From assembly GCF_009914755.1 (NCBI RefSeq), contig NC_060933.1: a stretch of DNA of 64,000 nucleotides. One strand, 5' to 3'. The notes below the pieces were generated by a model that did no database searches, had not been told where the DNA came from, and worked only from the letters and a program-made list of their open reading frames with translations. This DNA comes from the human T2T-CHM13v2.0 reference genome, Homo sapiens. Below, in pieces: positions 44,601-57,400 of the stretch. Each line of letters opens with the position of its first letter. The first letter of the stretch is position 1. Both the position numbers and the translations under genes were made by a program.

Positions 44601-45159
44601 CAAGTGCCTCAAACCTTCCTAGGGGTAGTAAATTTATAGCACTTTTCCTTCCACAGAAAAGCAACTATAATATTTCTGCCATTTCAACACCCCACCAGCC
44701 AAAGGTACTATGTGAAGTTTCGTGTACCTACATGACGCTATGTCCAGATCAGCAAGCAGAAACTGAGTTCCAAAGCTGCATTACTATGCTATGAAGAAAG
44801 AAAGCGCCTTGGCCACTGCCCTTCCCTTTCTAATGTGTGAATGCTTAGAATATACAAGGGGATTTCTAAGGCTTTTTGCCTTGGCTGTGTCAACTTGGAG
44901 GTTCTGATTCAGTGAGTATGAGGTGAACCTAAGGTTCTGCATTTCTAATAGGCTCCAACATTCAGCTGAAGAGGCAGCAGAATCTACTAACCCACTGCTC
45001 TAAAACAGGAGGTGGAGAGATAATTCTCTTAAATTAAAGCAACAGAATTTACATAACCAAGTAAGTAATTGCAATCATCACCTCACATGCTGTCTACTTG
45101 TTGTTTAGGACCATTTTGGAATTCCTCCTTTAAAACTAATTTCACAGATGACAACCCAT

Positions 45160-45620
45160 TTTTTCACTCATTGAAGCATCACTATGGAGGGACCCTGTTT
45201 TGGTACATGGATACATCCATGAACAAAACAAAGCCCCTGGCCCCTGGCGTTCAACACTGTCATGGGAAGCCTCGCAATAAAGAAAGAAATACACACAGAG
45301 AGTAAGAAAGCGGGGGGAGATGGAGTGGGGATGGGCACAGTTAAGACAGGATGGCCAGGGAAGGGCTCTGAGCAGGTGACACTGGAGCTGAGGCAGGAGG
45401 TAGCAAGGATTCCCACACAGGTCTGGGGAATGCATCTCCAGGAGGAACACGAAGGGCACAGGTTTTGTGGGAATTGCAACTGATTCACTTGTGGAGCACA
45501 AGGAGGTCCAGTGTGGCTGAAGTGCACAGCAGGGGCAGATCCTGTGGGTCCCATGGGCCCAAAAGGACCTGGGGTTTACTCTGAGGGGGACAAGAAGCCA
45601 CTGAACATCTGAGAGCATCT
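45160..45620 (-). mobile_element. L2 fragment
   Basis: Typical L2 3' region wording (ATGAACAAAACAAAGCCCCTG...CCAGTGTGGCTG). Confidence 0.6.
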
Positions 45621-45670
45621 TCTGAGAAACAGTGGTATGGGACTGTCATTCTCTAATGAAGATTTGAGCT

Positions 45671-46090
45671 TGTCAACCTAAATAAAAAACAGGGAGAGGG
45701 CCTCTAAAAGGAATCTGGGAATAAAGCATTGCAACAGGAATGCGTATGCCATAAACAATGTGTATATTCAGGGAGATAAAGGAAGACAAAGGTTTTTAGA
45801 GGAAAAAATGAAGATTACGTAACTGTTTCAAAATAATTATCCTTGGCTACAAAGATCAATAACAAGTAACGCCAGCCTGAGGCTGGACAGGCAGTTGAAC
45901 AGACATCCTTGCAGAAGTGTCTTCTGTATAAGGTTACAATGGCCTTCATGTAAGGTTGTGGTTTTTGCAGAGTGTTTTGTGATGGTTTTAGTTATCAGGC
46001 ATACAAGCATAAGAACCCTCTTTTCATGGGCTTCTCAATTCTATTTGTCAGGGTTATTTTTAACACCAGTGATTCCATTTTGATTCCTCA
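45671..46090 (-). mobile_element. ERV1 LTR (MER93-like)
   Basis: TGTCAACCTAAATAA...TTTTGATTCCTCA termini, flanked by GAGCT/GAGAT. Confidence 0.55.
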
Positions 46091-46779
46091 GAGATTTGAG
46101 GGAGAATTATGGTCATGAACTAAGAAGACGGGGGTAGGCAGATGTTTGTACTATTTGTGGTGGAGCTCCAACAAGCTCAGAGAGAGACTTCTAAACAAGT
46201 TCCCCAAATGATTTGAATGTTGGCCATGTTTTGGCTGCTCAACATCCACTGCCCCCATTAAAATCCCGGTCTTGCTTTTGGAGACCCCTTTGGCCACCCC
46301 TCTCTCCACTGTATCAGCCTTGGACAGTAGAGGATCCCTGCAACTGAAGCCCAAGAGCCAGAGCTGCCTCCTCTGCCCTGACACAGCTGGACAGGCGTCT
46401 ACATCAGGTCTGGCCTGCTGGATGCTGCTTCCAGGACTGACAGTCTGAATGGGCAACCTCATGGCATGGAGATTTGCCAAGCTCACAAAGAGCACAGGGC
46501 AGTGACGTGCAGACCTGCCATGGTATAGACTGTCTAGTTCTGGGGCTCCTGGGTTCCAGTTTGTGCTCTAAGCTTCAATCTCTATCCATCTATTGATTTC
46601 AGGAGACTTACAATAAATTTCCTTTTCATTTAGGGTAGCCAGAGTCAATTTCTATTGCTTACTCTCCAAAAAGACGAATCATACAATAATAGAGCTATTA
46701 GTTTTCTTTCTCTTTAAAAAAGTCAGATGAAACTGAATGGGAGTTTATCCGTTTTACTTTTTCCAAATAAAGCTTATTT

Positions 46780-47760
46780 AAGTTCAATAAATAATTTATT
46801 GATTAACCTAACAAGTGCCAGGCACTGTCCTAGGTGCTGAACCCACAGTGCTGAGTAAGATAGACCATTCCTTACCATTCTGCAGAAGGAGAGCAAAGAC
46901 AAATGGCAAGAAGCAATGGGCCAGAGAGAAGAGACTGTGAGGAGTGTTACACAGAGAATTTCAGGCAGGGAAGAGAGTTCTGAGACAGCACACTAGATGA
47001 CTAATTTAGATTGGGTGGTTGGAGAAGGCCTGCTTGATAAAGGTGAGGCCAATGTCTGAAATATAACCAGACATCCAAATGAAGATCAGGAAGAACACCC
47101 AGTGATGAGCTCAGCTGGTACAAAGATGTAAAGATGAGGCAGAGTATGGCCCATTGAAGGAGACCACTGTGGCTCATAGGAAAGGATGTGAGGAGGAGCA
47201 GGACAGGAGCTTGGGTAAGCGGAGTAGAAGTTTACATTTTACCCTAGGCAAAGTGACACAAAGGCACTGGAGGATTTTGAGCAGCAAGTGACATAATTTG
47301 ATCTGCACTTTAAAAAGATCATTTGTAAGATTGGGGGAGAAGAGATGATAGGGGCAAAATCAGAACAGGGTGCCCAGTAGGCAGCTACTGCTGTCACCCA
47401 AGTACAACAGGATGGCAGCTTGGACCGAGACAGCGCAAGGTAGGGAGAGAGATGTGGAGGACTTGGAATAAGTGTTGTCTGAAATGCTAGTTAAATGGAT
47501 GCTGGGAGAAAGGAAAATCAATCTAATGGCTAGATTTTTAGCCTGAGTGTGTGAGTGTCCGATATTATGAACACTGACAAGAATGGAGGAGGGGGAAGCT
47601 GTGCTCTGGCCAAGGTAAGTATAAGGTATCTTTTACACATAAGAGTGGAGCAGTCATGTGTGAGACTGGACACAGAGAATAAGGTTTACCAATGATTAGT
47701 ATCATACAGGTAGCATTCAAAACCAAGGTCCTGAATAAGATCACTTAGGGAGACTGTTTA
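46780..47760 (-). mobile_element. L2 fragment
   Basis: TTTATTGA...GTGCCAGGCACTGTCCTAGGTGCTG L2 3' end and purine-rich L2 body. Confidence 0.7.
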
Positions 47761-47849
47761 GACAAATGTCAGCAAGACCTGGACAGGTGCTCACTGAGGC
47801 TGTTCAGCTGCTCAGGTGCAGCCAACCACATTTTATAAGTCACCTGTTC

Positions 47850-48210
47850 CTGTTCTACCACTATTCACCCTACCCTTCCTTCAATAAAGCTATGTCTGCA
47901 GGGGTCTTCTAGGAAAGATATTCTTCACTGAAATAAAGACATTCAGGAATACACAGGTCTTCTTCCAGGATGCTGTCACCTCTAAATGTGATACTTAGAG
48001 CTATGGCAGCCACCTTGTGACCATGATGGAAGGTGGCAAGGGCAAAGTCTCCAAACTGAAGATGGCACAGCAGAAAGACAGCACTAGGCTGCTGACCTTA
48101 TCAATCCTGAAGACGCCTTACTCTGTGACTGCTTGTGATGCTACAGAGTATTTTCTTATTGTTTAAGCCAGCTGAAATAGGGTTTCCTGTAATTTGTACC
48201 AAGAACATCA
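47850..48210 (+). mobile_element. Old MLT1 LTR fragment
   Basis: GGCAGCCACCTTGTGACCATGA...TTGTTTAAGCCA...TTTCCTGT. Confidence 0.55.
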
Positions 48211-50349
48211 GGAAGTACAGATGGATGGAGGAAAGAGATTTGAACATGCATTTCAGAAAGTGGAAAAGCAAACATACTAGGGAAGTATGGCAGTGTTGCT
48301 GGGCAAAATTAACTACACACTTGAGATGTGTGATCAGGAGATGAGTTAGCATGATTATTTTTTCCATCCCTAGCAATTTCTAGCTAACTGGTGGCAGGGG
48401 TTGGGGGGATCGGGGTGGGGGTCTGGAACTTTGCCAGACAAGTACAAGAAGAGAGGAGAGAGCTCAGTAATACCAACCGTTGACATTACTGAGCAGATAC
48501 TACATAACACTACGTAAATCCTCCCAAGTACTCCAAGAGTATTCACTCATTTAATCCTTACAATTCCCCTATGAGGTTAGTGGGAAGGTAGCTAAGGTCA
48601 TTTGTAAGAAAGTGATTATCACAAAGAACCATGAAATCTAGGCTGTGTGAGGAGAGAAGAGAGGAAAAGAGGGAAATGATTGAGAGTGAGTGGCCCCAGA
48701 CCTGAGGACTTAGTGAGGTCTGAACAGAACTGGAAGGTTAGGATGCTGCAGAGTGAGAGGCAGGAAATCGAGATTCAGAACAGAGCAGGTGTGCATAACT
48801 GGAGGTTGTGGGGTGACTGGGCTGAATGGGAAGGAGGAAGAGATCCCTGCAGGTGCAGTCACAGACTGCTAAAATTCAGCTCATGGACAGTATGAGACAA
48901 TGTATAGATAATGCTCATCATGGTTTCTGGAATAAATTTTCTGTGTTTTAAAAGCCACTGAAAAGCAAATATTTGAATACTGAGAACCCATCATTTTTAA
49001 ATAGGAAAAATAGTAATTTATTCTTAGCCCACCCAAAAGCTCCAATCAATTTCCCCACAAATCGATAAAATGGCAGGAAAAAAAACCCCATAAACTGCTA
49101 TGTAACAGTCTACCACAATTTCTACATAATATTTAGCATTTTAAACACCAATTACCTACTTATTGAATTCTTAATGAATTATTTAGGGGATACGTGTATG
49201 TGCAGAAAATGAATCTATCAGCTACAGATTATGTTTCCTCCTATGTGGCATTAAACAGATAATGTGATGAAAATAAACAATAAGCTATGTTATAGGTAAA
49301 AGATGAATGCCAATAATGCTTAGCAAAATTAACAAAGAATTTCAAAACTGTTTACTTATCAAATGAAAAGTCTGGTGGTACAGGAGGGAGAGAGAGAGGC
49401 AAGAGTCACTGCTGCTCCCTGGTGATGCGGTAAAGCTGTGTGCCGGGGCAGGAGTGAGAACTGTTCACACTCAAATGAATTTCTTTCGTTGGTACTCAAG
49501 ATCCTGGGAGTGAATGGCTTTGACTCACTGTCTGAAGCCACAGACAAAGTAAGAGGATAAAAACACTCAAAATGGATATCTTTGTTTCTTTTGCTTGTGA
49601 TCTGTAAATAATATTAAAATGAGTTTCTAGTTTATAAGCGGTTGACTCTTTTCATTTATTCACTAGTTTTCAAAATTACAAGGTGGTTCCCTAGTATCCT
49701 CTAACGCTGAACAGTTAAGTTTTTAATCTTTGGAAATCATAATTAACTTATAGATTTTAGCCTATTTGATGTATGACAACCCACTGCAGTTAAAATCTTT
49801 ATTGATGCTCAAACTACCCCATCTTTGACCAGTGAGGACTTAGTTAGATTGGCTGTGAAGTCCTTTTGACATGACCAAAATAGTCATCAATAACTTCCTG
49901 TTACCTGGTATCACAAAATGTTCCAAGCTCATCTTGTACCTTTCCTCCTCAGACCTTGATTCCTTTTAGTGGAGCTACATTTTTAAATGTAACGCTTTTG
50001 CTCACATCATGATCAAGTTTATTTACAATAGCAATGATTTCATATGGTATGTTCTGAATTCTTTTAAAGATTTTGCATTGAGATTCAAAGCTTCTCTTTT
50101 CTAACAAATGACGAGCACTGAGGATGAGCATTACCAAGGGAGTACGGGGAATGAGTTTTTTGCTAGTCAGTACTTCACTACATGGGCTACTGGATTGCCA
50201 ACATTTTCAGTGTCCGTTTTATACTAATTTTATTGCTTTGATTTAACCACTTTCTTGAAAGCTTAAAAGTCAGAAACAAAATTTTGGGACCAGTTTTTTC
50301 AGGGTTGCATAAATATCACAAATGACCACTGTTAGAAACCAGGTTCCCT

Positions 50350-50700
50350 CAATGTTTCTCATTTGTCATTCTCAGGCTGCATCTTCTGTCCTTTCAGATT
50401 ATCTCATGGTCCAAAAAGGCTGCTGAAGCCTTGCAATCAGGTCTGCAAACCAAATAGCAGGAAGGGAAAAGGGGGAATGGGAAGGGAGTGCTCCATTTTC
50501 AAAGCCACTGACTAAGTACTGGACAACAGTATCTGTTTGCATCTCACTGCCTAGAACTTGGCCATGTGTAGCTGGAGGAGGCTGGGAAATGTAGTTTCCT
50601 TGCTGAGTGTTTTGCCATAGCATAGAGAATAAAACTGGGACTCTCTCACTAAGGGAAAATGAAAATGGGTAGGCAATTAGCAGACACTACCACAAGTGGC
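50350..50700 (-). mobile_element. Old MLT1 LTR fragment
   Basis: TCTCATGGTCCAAAAAGGCTGC...GGAGGCTGGGAAATGTAGT. Confidence 0.55.
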
Positions 50701-52669
50701 AAAACTGTTTTCATCATGCAACAAAATGTCTTCATGTTCATGTATCACTTGGATAGAATAAAGATATACTTGAAATGTAATATTACTGTTTATTATTTTT
50801 CCTTCATTTAATCTTTTTGAGAAGACATCAAGAATTTTTCTCCCTAGGTAATAATCTCCTGCGATTATACTACTTAAAACACAACTTACTTTGAGGTAGC
50901 AACCTGTCTTAGCAGAGGCTTAAAGCACAGCAAGCTTTTGCCAGAGAAGGCAAGAAGTAAAATGTTTAAAATATCTGGTTATCTCCTGTATTCCCTGCTG
51001 CCTCTTGGGAGCCATGAGAACCTTCAATGCCATGGGGAGATGTTGGCAGCAATCTGAGACTACTCTCCCCTTTCCTCCAAGACCAAAAGACCTAAATTCA
51101 AAGTACAGAATAATGTGAAATATAGATGTTACTTCCCCCTTTTTATATTTACATGTATTAAAATAATCTAAAGCAAGCTTTGACATTTCACATTCAATTA
51201 CAATGTAATGTGTAAAGAACTGACCATACCTTATGACTTTGGATTATAAAGTATGTTTTAGTAACATTTAACGGTGGAAAACCCAAGCTTTTTGTTCTGT
51301 TTTTTTTTTTTATCCTTCATCTTTTCCCTTCTCAAGAGAGCACAAAGAAAGAAGTCATACTGATAAAGGGGGATGCTCATAACAAATCTTCCAAGTTAAA
51401 AGTATGTGGATACCAAATTGAGGGCATTTACTGATATGCTTAGAAGTGATCTCTGACTTCTGATAGTAAATACCACTTTTGAATTACTTATAAATCTTCT
51501 CTCATAAATAGAAAAGCCCCACTTCAGGTTGTTTTTTCCTTGAACCATGGGAGGAAACACTGCAGTATAATGCTAACTTTGGATTATAAAGCCCACTGCA
51601 AGCTGATTCCTGTGGGACTCTGTGTCAGATGGCCTAGGCAAGAGCTTTCTTCATGCATCAGGGCTTGATGCTTACAAAACTAACTTCCTCTCACTTTACA
51701 ATGAAAGCATCAGGGTTAAAGAGGAGTGAGCTATGTGAACAAACATGGCATGTTTACTAGTCTTAAATTGTGTCACAATCATACAAAAACCATAAAAATA
51801 TTTATCCTTCCATTTGTGACCAATGTTTAAAGTGTTGTAATGCTTCCTATTCACTGAGGCCTGTTGTAAAGCAATGAAAACACACACGCACACACACACA
51901 TGCACACACGCACGCACAAGACAGAGGGCTATGTAAGGAGAAAAACCTAACTGGCTCAACCCCAGCAGAACCTGCCTGAAGCATATTAGTTTGAGCTCTT
52001 TGTGGATTATGGTAGAGAAGCCTTTAGCAATCAGGACTGGAATGGGGAAGGAAGGCTGGACAGCAAAAACGTTTTTCCAGAGCAAATTAAGCAAACTGGC
52101 CACAATTAAACACTTTTGTGATACAGCTTTCATTAATATTTATTATAGAAAGCTTTTTCAACTATTATGCCACACACTGTTAGAGAAACATACACACCCA
52201 AGTCTTAATCATTAAAAACAAAATTACGCTTATTTTTCAATGTTTACATGCACCTTTAAAAACAAATATTTGCTGATACATTGTGATATCTTTTTAAAAA
52301 AAATTTTGAAGATGTATTGTTACCTACCAGAGGAACACAAAATCTTCCTTTCAAAATCTTTTATTTAAAGACTGCCATGGTGTGCATCTGTCCATTCTTG
52401 GCCAGCTCCCACCAATAGCACTGTGCACCCCTCCGCCTTTGAGTGCTGTCTTGAGGCTGTGAACTCAGATGCTTGCCCTGGTGGCTCTGAGAGGTCTCTG
52501 GAGGCTTCTCCTGCCCAACCCTCACTCACACCCATATGACCAAGACGTGAGCACATGACTCAAGTCAGACCAATCAACTCTCTCTCCTTCAGCGTGGATC
52601 TTGAACAGAGCAATGGAAGGAATGGCTGGGCTAGTAAATTGGAGTGAAGGCCTCCAGGTAAGGCTATCT

Positions 52670-52880
52670 GGAGCTGTACTTCCAGGGAGAAGTTTCTGTG
52701 ATGGTGGAAAGGGTTTGTGTTTGCACTATGTAATACAGAAGTCACTAGCCACATGTGGCTACTGAACACTTGAAATGTGACTAGTATGGCTCAAGTTTTA
52801 ATTTTTAGTTCATTCTGATCAATTTAAATTTAAATCATTGCATGTGGTTAGTGGCTACAATACTAGATGGCACAGGTCTA
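52670..52880. mobile_element. MER3-like hAT-Charlie element
   Basis: GTCACTAGCCACATGTGGCTACTGAACACTTGAAATGTG...GTGGCTAC. Confidence 0.7.
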
Positions 52881-54069
52881 GAGTCTCCTGCCACTGAGAG
52901 AGTCTCTGGGGGCCCTTTAGCCTCCCATGAGCTCCCTTTTGGTGGTAACACTGGTTTCTGTTCAAAACCAAAGAAACTTGACATGACCTACAGTTCATTT
53001 CAACATGCCCAATGTCTTAGTCAATGATGCAGCTGAGGGAGAAGGTCTACACAACATCTCTACAGTTCACGGCCAGGGTAGGAGGATGCTGCACAGCACA
53101 AAGTGGGAAAACAGCCAGCTGATGCCTAGCGATAAGTGCGTTCTGTGGTCTAGACAACCTGGGTCACACAAAAGTGACCTAAGAAGGAAGACATTCAGAA
53201 TCTAAATGATAATCTTACAATACAGTTGCTCAACATACACAAGAGAAGTGGTATCGGCCAGCCTGATCTAAACTGAGATCTTCCCAACAGACTTCTGAAC
53301 ATAACACCTATCCCAGGTACATGGAAACTGTCCAGAGAAACAAAACTAATAGAAAGAGGGGATCCAATGGACTCTTCTGTAGCAGCATACATGTATCAGA
53401 TCAATTACTAGGGCTGCAGTAAGACATCTACCTACCTACAGTAAAAATATCATGCCATAACATGCCTAACCAACTATGTCTTACATGTGTTGCACTTTTT
53501 CATTCTAATCCCTAGTTATTTATATAGACAATATGTTATATATTATATATAAGTATATGTGATTGATTTAAAGTCATATTAGTATCTACAAATGTATTAT
53601 AAGGATTATGGCTAGGCTGGATATTTTTTCCTTTTTGAGATTTTGTGTTAGGTTTTCCTTTATTAGGTTTTGTGGTAAGTACATAATATGTATTATGTAT
53701 GTGTAATACATATATACTTGTGTCAAATGAACATGAATACATAAGCCAGCCCTAAAGAAAAGTCTTGATTACATTATTTTAATGCAGTAACATTTGCCAG
53801 AGATATAATGTTTCATGTTTACCTTACTAGACAAATCATGTAACTACTAAAGCAAAATGTCAAACTTAATACCTTGATATCTACAGATTCCACCCCTTAA
53901 GAGTTGTATTTAACATTTTATACTTTAAAAAAAAATCAAACTCTCTTAAATGGTGAAAACAAATCAACTATGTAATATTTCCTAGCCCAACTGGACACTG
54001 AATATGGTAAAGCATAAACCATGTAGTCTGTTTAAGAAAGAAACTATGTCATCATGTCTAATGATTTAA

Positions 54070-54432
54070 ATAATAGTTATTTATTGTGCACTACAAGTTA
54101 CTCTAAAACTCAGTGGTTTAAAACAAACACTTACTCTTTGATAGATTCTAAGGGGTCAGGAATCCAGGAAGAGCTTGGCTGGCTCTCCTGCTTCCAGGCT
54201 CCCTTCCCCACGGCTGGCAGGCCTTCTCGGTCCTGCACACATAAGCTACATTGCAGGGCTGCCTCTTGACAAGGCATTGCCAGGGCGAGTGAGTCAAGGA
54301 AGCCATAGTCTTTTTACAACCTATCTGAGAGGTGACGTCCCATTGCTTCTAAGTCAACATGGCCAGCCTCACTCCACAGGCAGCATTACACTGTGTGAAC
54401 ACCAGGCAGTCAGGTTAGAGGCTGCCTACCAT
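54070..54432 (-). mobile_element. MLT1 (F/H-like) LTR fragment
   Basis: AAAACTCAGTGGTTTAAAACAA...GGTCAGGAATCCAGG...GCTGCCTACCA. Confidence 0.55.
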
Positions 54433-57400
54433 GAGGACAAAGATTGATCAAGCAGCACACACTGTAAGGAGCATCTTTTCTTCCACTCATCTTTCTTTTA
54501 CCAAAAAACCCCAGTATTTTTCAAGACAACATTCAGAGAGTATTTCCCAAAGTTCAAAATCATCCCTCATTCTTTCCAAATCAAGGAGGAAGTAAAAAAG
54601 AATATGTGAACCACTTATCTTGAAAAAATAATAGAGGAGGAAAAGTGTGGAGAGAATACTATGGAAAACAATCCTTTTGGAAAGCTCAACACATGAAAAA
54701 CACACCGTACTTGCCAACCACAGTCAGAAGTGAAGGAAGTGACACCCTCACATCAACCGTTTTTCTTGTGTTTCTGAATTAACTGTAATAACTGTAACAA
54801 TAAAGAGTGAACACTCCATTTCATAAAAACTGAACTTTCATGTTTTCATTAAATGAGGGTTCTAATAAAAGACTTAAGATGTAAGTGAGAAATCCTTACT
54901 AACTGCATGTTAGAAACACAAAACATCTGGCTAAGTTTACCAGGTGTTATCAGATAGTAAAATATCAGGAATAAAAGAAATAATATGTGAAAATATTTCA
55001 TGTTACCTAGAAATGACCAAAGAATGGAGTGGACATGAAGACAAGAATGTTTCTGATATTCTTTATCAAAAGTAGGGCACATGATGAAAATTTAAAGATT
55101 CTGGGCATAGCAACACCATTATTAACAGGTAAATAACTACCACGTATTGAGAACTTACTAGGTACTATGTAATGGAATACATTACTCTTATAATGTTTCA
55201 AAGAATCCTATGAGGTCACTATCATAATTATCTTCATTTGACAAATCTGAAAACTGAAGGCTCAGAGCAGTAAGGTGGCCACCAGATCCATATGCACTAG
55301 TAAATCAGTGGTGGATTAGCTATGTCTCATTCTGCAAGTCACCTGCTTTTCCTAACAGTCAGCTACCTACCACTAACAGAGACCAGAAACCTGAGACCCA
55401 TAGCTCCTTAGCTATCTTTGCCAGGGCTAAGCCTCAGCGAGACTTAATAAGCATACGAATATAACTGGGTAATCAGAACAAAAGGAAAAATGAATTATTA
55501 CCTATCTCATCTGTTATCAGAGGCAGTGACAATGGCAGAAAGCTTCAAAACAAAATCACACAGCAGTCAGCTCCGGTTGGGCAGGTGTTGCTGGAGAGAA
55601 ATGAATTACACGGCAAGGCCCGTGTGATGGAAGGGTGCACAACACTCTGCCTCCTCACTTCGCTGCAGATCTTCCTCCTCGCTTTCTATTCTCTGTGCTG
55701 GCCCACCTCAATCTTATCTTGCAGTTTTTAGGGCTAGTGCTACAAGAAAAGGCCTGAGACGTGAAAGATGTGGAACTGACCACAAAGCACAGAACCTGTG
55801 CAGAGGGGCCTGAGCCGATGTGTCATGTGTCCCACCCTGCACCTTCTGGGGTCTCCTGCTGGAGATCAGCCCGGGTGGAGCAGCCCACTTTTTTTTTTCT
55901 TTGTAACCTTTAACAGAAAACGAGCAGCAAAATGAGCAAATTAAAACAAGCAGGATATTTGACTATAACTAAAGCTATAAAGGTGAACTAGATAGCTTTA
56001 CTCTTCATCGGGAAAATCATCAAACACTCTGTAAAAGGACAGCATTAGAAGATTTTGTTATTTAACGAACTAGTCAACAACTGTTTCATATTAAGAAAGT
56101 GGAATGAGCCATTCTTCTTAGCATAGCAAAGAAACTCTAACTTACTGGAAACAAATTATATTATAAAACATATCCAACATCCAGTCAGTTTTTCAAAACT
56201 CTAAGACATATCTCAAGAAAAACAAAACAAAACCAAACGATCTTTCCCTCCCATCCCAAACAAAAGTAAAATCAAGGCATACCATAAAACAACTAAAATC
56301 TCTATCTAAACCAGCAAGAAAAACTACCCACAACATATAAAATGAATGTATTCACCAACAACTATTGCTTCTTTAGGTTCAGTTGGGTAATTTATAAAAA
56401 TCATCCAATATTTGTAAAAGGTTCACTGTATAGTATTAATAGAATATCAGTTAAAATAACATTGGCCAAAGCTGTCATAATAAAATGTTGGGGGATAACT
56501 TCACAAAATTGGCCACCTGTAGACTTCCTAGTTACTGAATTTGCACATAAACTTAATGTAGTCAGTTATATTAAACTGAATATAAACTTAAGCTGCAAGT
56601 TTAATAAACATGTTTTAACAAATTTTTTAGTTTTCATATTTCAAAACATTTTAAGGCACAGCTAGAGGTAAGATACATTTGAAATTCATATAAATGTTGA
56701 CACTTTTTCCTTCCCATCCACATCTCCCAACTAGCTTCCTACAGGCACTGTTAAGTATGTTGGTAAGGAAGGTCAGTGACTTCCTTTCACTCCGCTTACC
56801 AGTGTCCTGAGGGTTCTAAACCCACAATGGCAGGTTCCAGAGGGGGCAATCCCTGTCCTGTATCCTGTTCCAGGAGAATGTGTGAAGGGAAGTTCTAGAC
56901 ATGACGAGTATTAATTACTGCTCTCCTAGCAAGAACCATCAAAGTATTGTCACTGTACAAAATATGGTTTATGGCAACAATGGATTTACCAAGGTGCACC
57001 TCTGAAAAATTATTTGAGATGCAGAGGTTAAAGGTTAAAAGTAAGCCATACTGTCAGTATTTTAAATGAAAAATTCTTTAAACACTGAAAACAAAATATG
57101 CATTGATTACAAATTTAAAATGTATATTGCAGATTTCTCTATTTAGCTAGCTCACAACTAATTCCTAGACACCCTCTTTGAACTCAATCAGAGCAACAAC
57201 AATTAGTTGAATAACCAGAGAGGGAAGGGATGAGAGGTGGGGAGGAAAAAAGCAACGAGAGAGGAAGTGACACAGTTGCATGGCACAAGCATGAAGAGCA
57301 GGGCTGGGAGCACACACAAGAGATTTCAAGTGTGGGCCCAGCAGGTGGGAACTGGAACCACGGCCCACCCCAGGAGCCCCGTGGGGAAGCATGGCCTACC

